The notes beneath the pieces were generated by a model. The model saw only the letters and a program-made list of their open reading frames with translations, ran no database searches and had not been told where the DNA came from. Of a stretch of DNA of 64,000 nt, positions 30,150 through 40,437 are shown in pieces; positions within the stretch are counted from its first letter, which is position 1; each line of letters begins with the position of its first letter. Location: assembly GCA_963787125.1 (NCBI GenBank), contig CAWBBV010000004.1, positions 96,001-160,000 of the forward strand, in the 5' to 3' direction. Origin of the DNA: an uncultured delta proteobacterium (GTDB taxonomy: Bacteria > Desulfobacterota > Desulfuromonadia > Geobacterales > DSM-12255). Both the position numbers and the translations under genes were made by a program.

Positions 30150-32048
30150 GTACGCCCGTCATGGGCGTGAACTTATGGGGTGCAAGTCCCCTGTACGGTG
30201 AATCCAACACTGTCGCGAGACAGCGTAAACCAAGTACTAGCCGAAGGCAAGGGCGTCTCCGCGAGGAGGGGGCTGGAGGAAGCCGGAGCGCAAAGCTATG
30301 AGCCGACGAACAGAAACAGCATACAAGGCCATCATCCGGGCAAGTCAGCACAACATGACGAAGTCCCTCGGGTTCAGGAGAAATGGTAAATGCTGCGGTT
30401 GTGTAGCCACAGTTCACGTTCTTATCCGGGGAGATCTGCTCCGCATGCCATTGATTCCTGATGGCGCGGCATCTGGTAACAGCTGCCGTGATGGAGCAGA
30501 AGTCAGCAGAAGCCATAGTAGGCGAAGGACGTTGCCGCAAGCGATCCGGCAACTGGAAACAAGCCCGGGAGAGTCCGGGAAGCCTTACCCCGCCGAAGGG
30601 CCGAACGATAGAAAAGGGGAGGAGCCCCAATGAGCTTTCATGACATATCGAACCCGTCCGGGGGAATGCCCATGGAGCGCGTCATTGACCAGCCAACCCC
30701 GGAGCAGCACCTACTGGAGCGGATATTATCCAGTGTGAACATGGAGCAAGCGTGGAAACGGGTCAAAGCCAATAAGGGCGCACCCGGCGTCGATGGCATC
30801 ACCATCGAACAATTCCCCGACCATACCCGTTCTCACTGGAACACTATTCGCGAATCGCTAATGACAGGCAGTTACCAACCTTTGCCGGTAAAGCGGGTAG
30901 AGATTCCCAAAGCAACGGGTGGAACCCGTCCGCTGGGGATACCCACTGTACTTGACCGGCTGATCCAACAGTCCATTGCCCAAGTGTTGACACCGATCTT
31001 CGATCCGGACTTCTCCGCATCGAGCTTCGGTTTCCGTCCCCGTCGGTCAGCAAAAGATGCTGTCCGAAAGGTGCGGGAGTACATCCAGCAGGGATACCGG
31101 ATTGCCGTGGATATTGACCTTGCCAAGTTCTTCGACACGGTCAACCATGATCTGCTCATGCACCTTGTGAGCAAGAAAGTTCACGACAAGCGGGTACTAG
31201 CCCTGATCGGCAAGTACTTACGGGCAGGTGTAGAGGTAAAAGGGCGTCTTGAAAAGACCAGACTGGGTGTCCCCCAGGGTGGCCCACTCTCGCCGCTTCT
31301 AGCCAACATCCTGCTCGACACACTGGACAAAGAACTTGAGAAACGCGGTCACAAATTCGTCCGCTATGCAGACGACTTCGTCATCCTCGTCAAAAGCCAG
31401 CGCGCCGGCGACCGGGTAATGGAAGGAATGAAAACCTTCCTGACCAGCAAACTCAAGCTCACAGTCAATGAAACCAAGAGTGCGGTAGCAAGAACATCCC
31501 GCATCGACTTCCTTGGTTTTATCTTCAGTGGCACCCGCATCATCTGGTCTGACAAGGCATACAAGGAATTCAGACGCCGCGTCAAACAGTATACCGGAAG
31601 AAGCTGGCGGGTCTCCATGAAGTACCGGATGTACAAACTGGCTCAATATCTCCGTGGCTGGATGGGGTACTTCGGCATCTCGGAGTATTACCGGGAAATC
31701 CCGGAAATAGACGGCTGGATACGGCGCAGGATACGGCTCTGCTACTGGAAGCAGTGGCGCTGGTGTCGTACCAAGATTCGGGAGCTGCTCAAGTTGGGGA
31801 CGGAGAAATTCACCGCCATCCGAGCGGGCCTGAATAGAAGTGGCCCGTGGGCCATGTCCCGAAGACTTGCAGCCCATACCGGTTTGACCAACAAATGTCT
31901 GAAGGATCAAGGTTTATTATCTGTCAAAGAACTGTGGGTGAAGCTTCACTACCCGGCTACGGCCCGGTAATTCTATCGAACCGCCGGATGCGGACCCGCA
32001 TGTCCGGTGGTGTGGGGGCTGGGGGAGAAAAACCCCCGGCTACCCGAT
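30150..32048 (+). mobile_element. Group IIC-attC intron, copy 1
   Basis: Starts GTACG, ends CCCGAT, domain V with a CGC triad, EBS1 ACAA at 30350; inserted at TAGT|T in the attC bottom strand. Confidence 0.92.
30630..31970 (+). CDS. ltrA: Group II intron reverse transcriptase/maturase (no endonuclease domain)
   Basis: NKGAPGVDG, RPLGIP, PQGGPLSP and YADD motifs; 446 aa. Confidence 0.95.
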   Translation: MSFHDISNPSGGMPMERVIDQPTPEQHLLERILSSVNMEQAWKRVKANKGAPGVDGITIEQFPDHTRSHWNTIRESLMTGSYQPLPVKRVEIPKATGGTRPLGIPTVLDRLIQQSIAQVLTPIFDPDFSASSFGFRPRRSAKDAVRKVREYIQQGYRIAVDIDLAKFFDTVNHDLLMHLVSKKVHDKRVLALIGKYLRAGVEVKGRLEKTRLGVPQGGPLSPLLANILLDTLDKELEKRGHKFVRYADDFVILVKSQRAGDRVMEGMKTFLTSKLKLTVNETKSAVARTSRIDFLGFIFSGTRIIWSDKAYKEFRRRVKQYTGRSWRVSMKYRMYKLAQYLRGWMGYFGISEYYREIPEIDGWIRRRIRLCYWKQWRWCRTKIRELLKLGTEKFTAIRAGLNRSGPWAMSRRLAAHTGLTNKCLKDQGLLSVKELWVKLHYPATAR

Positions 32049-32073
32049 TGGGCATCGCTGTTTTTTTCCGAAC

Positions 32074-32412
32074 TTACTTGTCGTGTTGCTTACGGGTCTC
32101 CATAACAAGCCATAATGTAGCCAATCCAAAAAGAACCATTCCGCCGTAAAGCGGATAATACATCCAGCTCATTTGGCTTTTCAGAGCGACATAGCCTTCA
32201 TGGAAGTCAGTCGGTTTTATTCTTCCCGGCACATCTGGTCGTACCATTGCCAATACAACTGATGATAAGAGCATAGAGGTCGAGCCAAGAAACATCAGTA
32301 TTGCTGCTTTTGTCCTGTACCGCGTGCAACAGACCATACTTCCGGGCAAAATAACACCTTGGATGGCGGCAACAGCTATGAGCAGCATAAATTCGAGAAA
32401 TGACATTTTCAT
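32074..32412 (-). CDS. Cassette membrane protein, hypothetical
   Basis: Three hydrophobic segments; fills the cassette. Confidence 0.65.
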   Translation of the reverse strand: MKMSFLEFMLLIAVAAIQGVILPGSMVCCTRYRTKAAILMFLGSTSMLLSSVVLAMVRPDVPGRIKPTDFHEGYVALKSQMSWMYYPLYGGMVLFGLATLWLVMETRKQHDK

Positions 32413-32463
32413 TATTGGTTCTTTCTTATCTGCTCAACTGGGTCTTGGGCTCGCTTATTTGGT

Positions 32464-32805
32464 CTATGATTGCCTGAGGAGACGAATAACTCCACCTATA
32501 ATGATCGCGACTCCGATGAAATATTTGAAGTTAATCCACCCTGCAAATGACTCAGGGTCGCGCTGTTTGCGGACACTTCCCCACACACTCATTCTGTTGC
32601 TTATGCCTCTTCGTGATTCTATGTTCGCACTCAATATTATGAAAATTCCTATAACTGGCAAAAACGATTTATCGATGAGATCCCTTGCTGAATCATTCAT
32701 TGTGAACCTTGCGATTCCAAGACATATGAGAACAAGAACGGAGAGACCATAAATTATCTCAGCGAATTCTGTTTTGCGGTTTGAATTTTCGTTGTTTTTT
32801 CTCAT
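32464..32805 (-). CDS. Cassette membrane protein, hypothetical
   Basis: Three hydrophobic segments; starts just after the attC R' core. Confidence 0.65.
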   Translation of the reverse strand: MRKNNENSNRKTEFAEIIYGLSVLVLICLGIARFTMNDSARDLIDKSFLPVIGIFIILSANIESRRGISNRMSVWGSVRKQRDPESFAGWINFKYFIGVAIIIGGVIRLLRQS

Positions 32806-32819
32806 AGCCTTTATCTCGT

Positions 32820-32884
32820 GCTCAACGGGGTGCCCGGTTGACCCGCCCGGTTTTTAGGGGCGGTGTCCAACCGGCTGGTTGGGA
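32820..32884 (-). other. attC site
   Basis: GCTCAAC...GGTTGAC/GTCCAACC...GTTGGGA. Confidence 0.88.
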
Positions 32885-32964
32885 CTTCGTCTTTTTAGCC
32901 TTCTGTCTTTTTACTTTTGTCTCGTGTCAAGGGTTGCTCCCTCGGGATCTTTTGGATGGCTAAC

Positions 32965-33564
32965 CTAGCGCGTTGGGGAACAGATGATCCGAAAAACCTT
33001 TCTCATAATTGGCAAAAAATACCGAAAGGCATGAACAACAATCATGCTGATTGCGAGCAATCCAAAAACATGAACAGTTTTATAATTGCTGTGTAAGGTA
33101 AGAATCAGCAAGCCCTTGGAAAGCCCTACCCAGAACCCATACCAAATAAAGGTGCCTAGAAAATGCGCTCGCCAGAAAATTCGGAAGTTGCCACCCAAAA
33201 AACCTGCCAGCATTGGAATCTGAGAGCGAATGCCTGGTGTCAGTCTTCCGAAGAGAATAGCACGATAGTACTCGCCTTCTGATATTGAAGGCCAGTGTTC
33301 TATTTTAATTACGCGCGACGCCAATTTTTGAAAACAGTGTATCGACTTAAGAGAGCGGCCAAATAGGAACATAAGAAACCCTGCAGTCACTGACCCAACA
33401 ACCATAACGAGAAACAAGGTGGCAATTGTCAATTTGGCTTCAGCCTGCGCTGCTTTGAAAGACAATAACTCACTCGGGGGCAGCCCTATAACGCCATTTG
33501 AAAAAGACAGGAGAAATGCCCAAGTTTGGGTAATGTCACTGGATAGCAAATATTCAAACATCAT
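32965..33564 (-). CDS. DedA/VTT-family membrane protein
   Basis: GLPPSE, FLFGR and GRLTPGIRSQIPMLAG motifs. Confidence 0.75.
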   Translation of the reverse strand: MMFEYLLSSDITQTWAFLLSFSNGVIGLPPSELLSFKAAQAEAKLTIATLFLVMVVGSVTAGFLMFLFGRSLKSIHCFQKLASRVIKIEHWPSISEGEYYRAILFGRLTPGIRSQIPMLAGFLGGNFRIFWRAHFLGTFIWYGFWVGLSKGLLILTLHSNYKTVHVFGLLAISMIVVHAFRYFLPIMRKVFRIICSPTR

Positions 33565-34210
33565 TGAGACTCAAACGGCGAAGATAGGACCAAAAGCGTT
33601 GCCTGTCGAATATGTAGGGATAATGAGTGAGCAATGTTAAATTGGTCTTCGGGGTGCTTTTGGATCGCAGGTGCACCCATCTAGCTTGTCGGTATTTTGT
33701 GCCGGCCAAAAAATCAAATAGAGTATATATGACGTGCGTTTCAACGTGTTCAGAAATTTGCTGCTGATTTGGCGGCAGGGCAGACAGAAGGCTGATGTTC
33801 TCTTGATGGCTGGCAGTTGTCCAAACTTTTCTGGCCAGCCATTTGGGGAGGGGAAGATTCCTGAGGAAATCAAGCCTGTTCAGCACACTACACAGCGTTT
33901 GCGTTTGCCATTGGTAAACAACCATACTGGGGACTGCGCATAATACCAGTGTGATGCGGACTGTATTCTGATTAGCGGCGCGATTCGCCAACTCAATGCC
34001 ATGAATACATCCCAACGATGTCGCCACTACGATTAGATGTGTCGGCGATTTTTCGATGCCACTAAGCACTGCTTCAGTGTCAGTTTGAAAGCGGCTCAAT
34101 GTGCTGCAATCTAAACAGATGACATGCTCAGAGAAGCCATGGGGGACTTTCCAGCTCGTTGGCGACTGAAATGCGCCATGTAAGAGTGCGTATTTAATCT
34201 GCATGTGCAC
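33554..34210 (-). CDS. Alpha/beta-hydrolase-like protein
   Basis: LLHGAFQS and VVATSLG nucleophile-elbow-like motifs; overlaps both neighbours. Confidence 0.5.
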   Translation of the reverse strand: MHMQIKYALLHGAFQSPTSWKVPHGFSEHVICLDCSTLSRFQTDTEAVLSGIEKSPTHLIVVATSLGCIHGIELANRAANQNTVRITLVLCAVPSMVVYQWQTQTLCSVLNRLDFLRNLPLPKWLARKVWTTASHQENISLLSALPPNQQQISEHVETHVIYTLFDFLAGTKYRQARWVHLRSKSTPKTNLTLLTHYPYIFDRQRFWSYLRRLSLNDV

Positions 34211-35696
34211 GCATCCGCCCGAATTGCATCAGTCGGTCTATGATCAGCAGATAATTGTCTAGGTTCTCGTGTTCGCGTGTATTTTGAAACAAACTCTCAA
34301 TCGAAAGCTTGTTCAAAAAATACTTCTCCCTGAAGAATTCCATCACGTTGCAATCCACAAACTGCGCTGAGAGTGCAATAAACCTCGTAGTGTCGTATCT
34401 GACCCCAATCATCTCTATAAGCCTTACAAGCTTTGGATTTTTGAAATCATATACCAGTCCCGTTTTGCACTCGAACGCATCTTGCATAGATACAAGTCCA
34501 AGCAACGACCTACGGATGGCTCCATTTTCCTTCACATCTTTAGTGAAAACTGTCATCACACCTTCCGTCAAGTCATCTTCTACATCATGAAGATCGTCCA
34601 TGAGCTGAAAGATTGCGCCCATAGAATAGAAATGTGCAAACTGTAGCTCCGTTAGGCCTCCACATACAACATACCCATAGAACGCAAAAGCAAGGCCGCC
34701 CTTCTCAAAGGAAATTTCGAGTGTCTGCTCCAAAGTTAGGTCTTCGAAGGATTGCATGTGAGACCTAACCTGCGCATCATGAAGCTCTGATAGTGTGTGC
34801 CAGAGTGTTTTATGCTTGCTAAGAGGAAATAGAATTTTAAGTTCTTCTAGAAGCACAAAGATGGATCGTTCATATTGGTTCTTTGGATCAAAACTAGAAC
34901 CATTCAAATATTCGCTCAGCCTTGCCGGGAAAGACGCATCGAACATTCCGCTATCAATGTAATCATCGTAAATGGGATGAATGGCCGAGCATACAAAATA
35001 ACCACGTTTTTTAGACTCTCGTGGGCGCATGGATGATTCCACTGCAAAATTGTGCAGCATCATGTTCATATAGTTATAGAAAGTCTTGATTTCACCTTCA
35101 TGTTCATATTCCAGACCAAGTTTTTTTGAAAAGCGCCGAATATCGGAGATGCAAATTTTCGTGTTCTGGAGGATGAAGATTAGAAGGTCGCGTACCTTCG
35201 GGAAACTATGCTGATAAAGGATGTTTTTTTTGCCGATATCTACAACGGCACCAGAAACGTCCTTGCTCCGCAGTAACTCTTCTATCATAAAAAAGGCTTT
35301 ATCTAGTGGTCCTAGATGGCGCGTCACCGAACGTTTAAAAAGATCTTGCAGAATATCTGAAGAAATCGGTATTGCAATCGGAGCACTAAAGGGCCGCGCC
35401 AACACCAGTGATTCAAGCATTTCAATGCTGTTATTTGTGTACCCATCTAGAAAACTGCTTTGAAATAGCTCTATTGTCCGTCTTCGTATCATAGGTATTT
35501 CAAGATCAGAGAAGTATCGGCATGCGCTTGTTGTGGTTTCAAAGGGAATAAATTCCCGAGGGAATGAAAAACCCGCAAGGCGGTGCTCATCGTCACCGAA
35601 GAACAAGTCCTCAATCATTCTAATAATTTTCGGGCATCGCCAATTAAATGCTAAATTATGTATCCAAAGCTTAATCTGCTTCATAATCCTCTTCAT
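34194..35696 (-). CDS. Class I isoprenoid synthase (terpene synthase/prenyltransferase)-like protein
   Basis: Two Asp-rich motifs, YDDYID and FQLMDDLHDVEDD, plus EKGG. Confidence 0.7.
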   Translation of the reverse strand: MKRIMKQIKLWIHNLAFNWRCPKIIRMIEDLFFGDDEHRLAGFSFPREFIPFETTTSACRYFSDLEIPMIRRRTIELFQSSFLDGYTNNSIEMLESLVLARPFSAPIAIPISSDILQDLFKRSVTRHLGPLDKAFFMIEELLRSKDVSGAVVDIGKKNILYQHSFPKVRDLLIFILQNTKICISDIRRFSKKLGLEYEHEGEIKTFYNYMNMMLHNFAVESSMRPRESKKRGYFVCSAIHPIYDDYIDSGMFDASFPARLSEYLNGSSFDPKNQYERSIFVLLEELKILFPLSKHKTLWHTLSELHDAQVRSHMQSFEDLTLEQTLEISFEKGGLAFAFYGYVVCGGLTELQFAHFYSMGAIFQLMDDLHDVEDDLTEGVMTVFTKDVKENGAIRRSLLGLVSMQDAFECKTGLVYDFKNPKLVRLIEMIGVRYDTTRFIALSAQFVDCNVMEFFREKYFLNKLSIESLFQNTREHENLDNYLLIIDRLMQFGRMRAHAD

Positions 35697-35720
35697 GATA
35701 GTTGGGTTGCGTGGAAGTAG

Positions 35721-35785
35721 GGCCAACGGGGCTTCGGCGCAGCGGCGAAGCGTCAGCGAAGACCGTCTGCCGCCGATAGTTGAAT
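35721..35785 (-). other. attC site
   Basis: GGCCAAC...TCGGCGCAGCGG/CCGTCTGCCGCCGA...GTTGAAT. Confidence 0.85.
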
Positions 35786-35788
35786 CTT

Positions 35789-36142
35789 CTACTTTCTAAA
35801 TAAAAGACCCGGAAGCCACGTTTCGGAGTCTGTTGGGCAAAAAAGGAAAAGGCAACAAATCGCGATTATTGCTGGGATTATTGCCGTTAACATTAGATTC
35901 TTTAGGTTTGATGCTGACCCTAATCTGTTTCTGATAATGCATTGCCAGGCTATTGCTCCTGCCAGCACTGGAACTGCAAAAAGCATGGGGTAAACTGCTC
36001 CTCCAAGACCTATGGGAATTCTGAGCCGTTCATAGATGTATCCAACTAGAAAAAAATTCCAGAAAACAATTCCGGACATCAGGATCAATATAGATGCACA
36101 GCAATTCCACCACCATGATTTTAAAAAGGCACTAAATTTCAT
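35789..36142 (-). CDS. Cassette membrane protein, hypothetical
   Basis: Three hydrophobic segments; RBS AAAGGA. Confidence 0.6.
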   Translation of the reverse strand: MKFSAFLKSWWWNCCASILILMSGIVFWNFFLVGYIYERLRIPIGLGGAVYPMLFAVPVLAGAIAWQCIIRNRLGSASNLKNLMLTAIIPAIIAICCLFLFCPTDSETWLPGLLFRK

Positions 36143-36204
36143 TTTTCCTTTCTCGCTCCAACATGGCGGCGGCGTTGCCGCCTTCTTGTCGATTCCACGG
36201 TTAT

Positions 36205-36528
36205 CTATATTCTGTTTTTTTCAATTCTTGAATCAATGGCCATACCGATGAGGAACCATTGGATTGTCCCAAACATCACAAGCAATGGAGGGATCATAAA
36301 CGCCAACAAAGATGATGGGAAATCAATAACCAGAATCGGAAACCAGAAAATCATGCTCCATTCATTGCTACTTGTTAAGGTAAACACCGTCAGGAAAGCC
36401 GTATATAGAAAATGAGTCGCTGGAAGAATATATTGCCATTTTTCAGCCTTCAACTTTTTGCTTAATCCCCAAATAGCAAAAAATAGCAGGGGTAATGGAG
36501 CGAGTATTTTTAAATAGATAATGGTCAT
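36205..36528 (-). CDS. Cassette membrane protein, hypothetical
   Basis: Hydrophobic 107-aa ORF directly after an attC. Confidence 0.6.
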   Translation of the reverse strand: MTIIYLKILAPLPLLFFAIWGLSKKLKAEKWQYILPATHFLYTAFLTVFTLTSSNEWSMIFWFPILVIDFPSSLLAFMIPPLLVMFGTIQWFLIGMAIDSRIEKNRI

Positions 36529-36538
36529 TTTCTTATTG

Positions 36539-36610
36539 ATTCAACGGCTATGAGCGTGACCGGCTGCGGCGGGCTTTTTCGCCGCGACCGAGTCCACGCG
36601 AGAGTTGGAA
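36539..36610 (-). other. attC site
   Basis: ATTCAAC...GCGTGAC/GTCCACGC...GTTGGAA. Confidence 0.88.
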
Positions 36611-36614
36611 CAGC

Positions 36615-37478
36615 TCACTTCCATTCAAATTCAATTTCAGAGGAATCCATTTCACTCATTCCACGTTTTAAAACGATTGAAAAGTTCTGTTCTTTCTCAA
36701 CCCGATAAACGGAAATGACACCATCATTTCGATAGTCAGGATGCCCCAACATACTGCCCAGCAATCCAAATGGTGTCTTACTCAAACGCCGATTTTGGTA
36801 AGTAAATGCGGCTACTTGTTTCTTATCTGGCGACCATGACAACTCTTGAATCCATCTGCCAACTCCTGATTTGGTTAAAACAATTGCCTTCTTGTTAATG
36901 TCATAAAAATAGAGACTGTCTGAGTCATGAGGTGAAAAGACAACTAGTCGAGAGTCGTGTGACCAAGCAACAGGTGTTTTCAGGTACGAATGCTCTTTGC
37001 GTCCTTTGCCTATTAAAAATGTTCTAAGTGTATCAATTTCAACCAATAGGATAGGAATGTCGTCAGCAATTATAATTGCATATAAACCATTGGGGCTGGG
37101 CGAAACCCACCTGATGAAATCGGGCACCTGAAGTGCTTTCAGTAGATTTTCATCGGGAAGTGATTTGCCTTTCCAGGCTTTTACCCGCTGTTGTAAGCGC
37201 AAGTAAGTGTCTGAAGAGAGTTTTTCCTTGTTGGCTAGGTGCGCTTCAAATTCAGCTTCACGTCTGTTGTGTATGTGGCGAAGATTAGAGGAAGCAAGCG
37301 TTCCTTTCTGGAGGTCGATAACATATTTGTGTTCGTCGGCATCAGTCTGGCTCTTTATAATCCAGATTCGGGTATCGATATATGACGACTGCTGAGTCTC
37401 ATTTATGTTGACGGCATTGGCTAGTCCGAAGGCTCCAATACACAAAAAACAACACAGTGTGAAGGTAAGACTTCTCAT
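36615..37478 (-). CDS. Secreted WD40/TolB-like beta-propeller protein
   Basis: Signal peptide; SPNG, WSHDSR and WSPDKK blade motifs. Confidence 0.65.
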   Translation of the reverse strand: MRSLTFTLCCFLCIGAFGLANAVNINETQQSSYIDTRIWIIKSQTDADEHKYVIDLQKGTLASSNLRHIHNRREAEFEAHLANKEKLSSDTYLRLQQRVKAWKGKSLPDENLLKALQVPDFIRWVSPSPNGLYAIIIADDIPILLVEIDTLRTFLIGKGRKEHSYLKTPVAWSHDSRLVVFSPHDSDSLYFYDINKKAIVLTKSGVGRWIQELSWSPDKKQVAAFTYQNRRLSKTPFGLLGSMLGHPDYRNDGVISVYRVEKEQNFSIVLKRGMSEMDSSEIEFEWK

Positions 37479-37510
37479 AATTAATCCTTCAGGAATCATG
37501 ATGTTTTGTT

Positions 37511-37566
37511 GTCCAACGGCTCGGGAGATCACCGGGCGGGTTTTTGGCCCGGTGTATCTGCCTTGT
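37511..37566 (-). other. attC interrupted by intron 2; remainder at 39467-39471
   Basis: GTCCAAC...TTGT|TGGAA. Confidence 0.88.
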
Positions 37567-39466
37567 GTACGCCCGTCATGGGCGTGAACTTATGGGGTGC
37601 AAGTCCCCTGTACGGTGAATCCAACACTGTCGCGATGACAGCGTAAACCAAGTACTAGCCGAAGGCAAGGGCGTCTCCGCGAGGAGGGGTCTGGAGGAAG
37701 CCGGAGCGCAAAGCTATGAGCCGACGAACAGAAACAGCATACAAGGCCATCATCCGGGCAAGTCAGCACAACATGACGAAGTCCCTCGGGTTCAGGAGAA
37801 ATGGTAAATGCTGCGGTTGTGTAGCCACAGTTCACGTTCTTATCCGGGGAGATCTGCTCCGCATGCCATTGATTCCTGATGGCGCGGCATCTGGTAACAG
37901 CTGCCGTGATGGAGCAGAAGTCAGCAGAAGCCATAGTAGGCGAAGGACGTTGCCGCAAGCGATCCGGCAACTGGAAACAAGCCCGGGAGAGTCCGGGAAG
38001 CCTTACCCCGCCGAAGGGCCGAACGATAGAAAAGGGGAGGAGCCCCAATGAGCTTTCATGACATATCGAACCCGTCCGGGGGAATGCCCATGGAGCGCGT
38101 CATTGACCAGCCAACCCCGGAGCAGCACCTACTGGAGCGGATATTATCCAGTGTGAACATGGAGCAAGCGTGGAAACGGGTCAAAGCCAATAAGGGCGCA
38201 CCCGGCGTCGATGGCATCACCATCGAACAATTCCCCGACCATACCCGTTCTCACTGGAACACTATTCGCGAATCGCTAATGACAGGCAGTTACCAACCTT
38301 TGCCGGTAAAGCGGGTAGAGATTCCCAAAGCAACGGGTGGAACCCGTCCGCTGGGGATACCCACTGTACTTGACCGGCTGATCCAACAGTCCATTGCCCA
38401 AGTGTTGACACCGATCTTCGATCCGGACTTCTCCGCATCGAGCTTCGGTTTCCGTCCCCGTCGGTCAGCAAAAGATGCTGTCCGAAAGGTGCGGGAGTAC
38501 ATCCAGCAGGGATACCGGATTGCCGTGGATATTGACCTTGCCAAGTTCTTCGACACGGTCAACCATGATCTGCTCATGCACCTTGTGAGCAAGAAAGTTC
38601 ACGACAAGCGGGTACTAGCCCTGATCGGCAAGTACTTACGGGCAGGTGTAGAGGTAAAAGGGCGTCTTGAAAAGACCAGACTGGGTGTCCCCCAGGGTGG
38701 CCCACTCTCGCCGCTTCTAGCCAACATCCTGCTCGACACACTGGACAAAGAACTTGAGAAACGCGGTCACAAATTCGTCCGCTATGCAGACGACTTCGTC
38801 ATCCTCGTCAAAAGCCAGCGCGCCGGCGACCGGGTAATGGAAGGAATGAAAACCTTCCTGACCAGCAAACTCAAGCTCACAGTCAATGAAACCAAGAGTG
38901 CGGTAGCAAGAACATCCCGCATCGACTTCCTTGGTTTTATCTTCAGTGGCACCCGCATCATCTGGTCTGACAAGGCATACAAGGAATTCAGACGCCGCGT
39001 CAAACAGTATACCGGAAGAAGCTGGCGGGTCTCCATGAAGTACCGGATGTACAAACTGGCTCAATATCTCCGTGGCTGGATGGGGTACTTCGGCATCTCG
39101 GAGTATTACCGGGAAATCCCGGAAATAGACGGCTGGATACGGCGCAGGATACGGCTCTGCTACTGGAAGCAGTGGCGCTGGTGTCGTACCAAGATTCGGG
39201 AGCTGCTCAAGTTGGGGACGGAGAAATTCACCGCCATCCGAGCGGGCCTGAATAGAAGTGGCCCGTGGGCCATGTCCCGAAGACTTGCAGCCCATACCGG
39301 TTTGACCAACAAATGTCTGAAGGATCAAGGTTTATTATCTGTCAAAGAACTGTGGGTGAAGCTTCACTACCCGGCTACGGCCCGGTAATTCTATCGAACC
39401 GCCGGATGCGGACCCGCATGTCCGGTGGTGTGGGGGCTGGGGGAGAAAAACCCCCGGCTACCCGAT
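37567..39466 (+). mobile_element. Group IIC-attC intron, copy 2
   Basis: Near-identical to copy 1 with an identical protein; inserted at TTGT|T. Confidence 0.92.
38048..39388 (+). CDS. ltrA: Group II intron reverse transcriptase/maturase
   Basis: Same protein sequence as 30630-31970. Confidence 0.95.
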   Translation: MSFHDISNPSGGMPMERVIDQPTPEQHLLERILSSVNMEQAWKRVKANKGAPGVDGITIEQFPDHTRSHWNTIRESLMTGSYQPLPVKRVEIPKATGGTRPLGIPTVLDRLIQQSIAQVLTPIFDPDFSASSFGFRPRRSAKDAVRKVREYIQQGYRIAVDIDLAKFFDTVNHDLLMHLVSKKVHDKRVLALIGKYLRAGVEVKGRLEKTRLGVPQGGPLSPLLANILLDTLDKELEKRGHKFVRYADDFVILVKSQRAGDRVMEGMKTFLTSKLKLTVNETKSAVARTSRIDFLGFIFSGTRIIWSDKAYKEFRRRVKQYTGRSWRVSMKYRMYKLAQYLRGWMGYFGISEYYREIPEIDGWIRRRIRLCYWKQWRWCRTKIRELLKLGTEKFTAIRAGLNRSGPWAMSRRLAAHTGLTNKCLKDQGLLSVKELWVKLHYPATAR

Positions 39467-39520
39467 TGGAACGTCACTCATTTTCATATTCAAAGGCAGC
39501 CCCGAATTTCCCCTACACTT

Positions 39521-39976
39521 CTATTTTTTCAAAACCATTCCGTGTGCATAAGCATTCTTACCTATCAACTCACACTGTTGACCATCTCTAGTTTTGATTT
39601 CAAGTTCAGCTTGCTGATCTATATTAAAATCATTAAGAAGCATCGCAGCAACCTTGTCCGTACTACTGAAAAAAGTTAAAAGTTGTCCATCATCTAAATG
39701 CAAATCTAGTGAATTCAAAACTCCCCACGATTTGTTTTTCTTCTTCACTAAAACCTGATGCTTCCCAACTTCAAAAACATGCTTTTTGCCTTTTAATGAT
39801 CTGATTGTCGAAAGAAATAAAAGGCCTGTAATGATAAACACAATTCCGAGTGGTTTGTTGAATCCGGTCAGATCAACGTCCATGGATCGGTATCTAATAA
39901 TAGGTGAAGAGAGCATATCAATGCCTAAAATGACACAAATGCCACACATTAAGATGCCGGTTAATGTTCTGCTCAT
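39521..39976 (-). CDS. Cassette membrane protein, hypothetical
   Basis: Two transmembrane segments; RBS AAGGA before ATG 39976. Confidence 0.6.
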   Translation of the reverse strand: MSRTLTGILMCGICVILGIDMLSSPIIRYRSMDVDLTGFNKPLGIVFIITGLLFLSTIRSLKGKKHVFEVGKHQVLVKKKNKSWGVLNSLDLHLDDGQLLTFFSSTDKVAAMLLNDFNIDQQAELEIKTRDGQQCELIGKNAYAHGMVLKK

Positions 39977-39994
39977 CCTATATTCCTTTTTATT

Positions 39995-40051
39995 TTCCAA
40001 CGCCATAAGCCTGACCGGCGGTTTTTGGGCCGGTCTTGGCGCTCGTTGAAC
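39995..40051 (-). other. attC site
   Basis: TTCCAAC...GACCGGC/GCCGGTC...GTTGAAC. Confidence 0.88.
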
Positions 40052-40437
40052 TTATTCATTCTCACTCTTTTGTTATGAATACGACTCTTTCTCCAGCGGC
40101 AAGCATACTTCGGCCACATTCTTCAGCTCTATGAATAAAGCTGGTTGAAAGACCAAATTTCATTACTGTCTCCCACTACAAAGCTGATATCTCAATATGA
40201 CAGTGCCTTGTGTGCTAATAATGACTTAGCATTGCAAATTATTTTATCTAAAGATTTTTCAGCTTCTGTTTGATTATCAAGATTTTTTGCCCTGCTTGTA
40301 GCAATACTTTTATATAATTTACTAACAACTATGAAGAATGGTATATTTCCGTATATCATTACTGCTAATAGCACATCTAGAGTATGTTTATTTATAAGTC
40401 TATTGATAGTATCTGACTTGTTGAGCGGTTCAATAAT

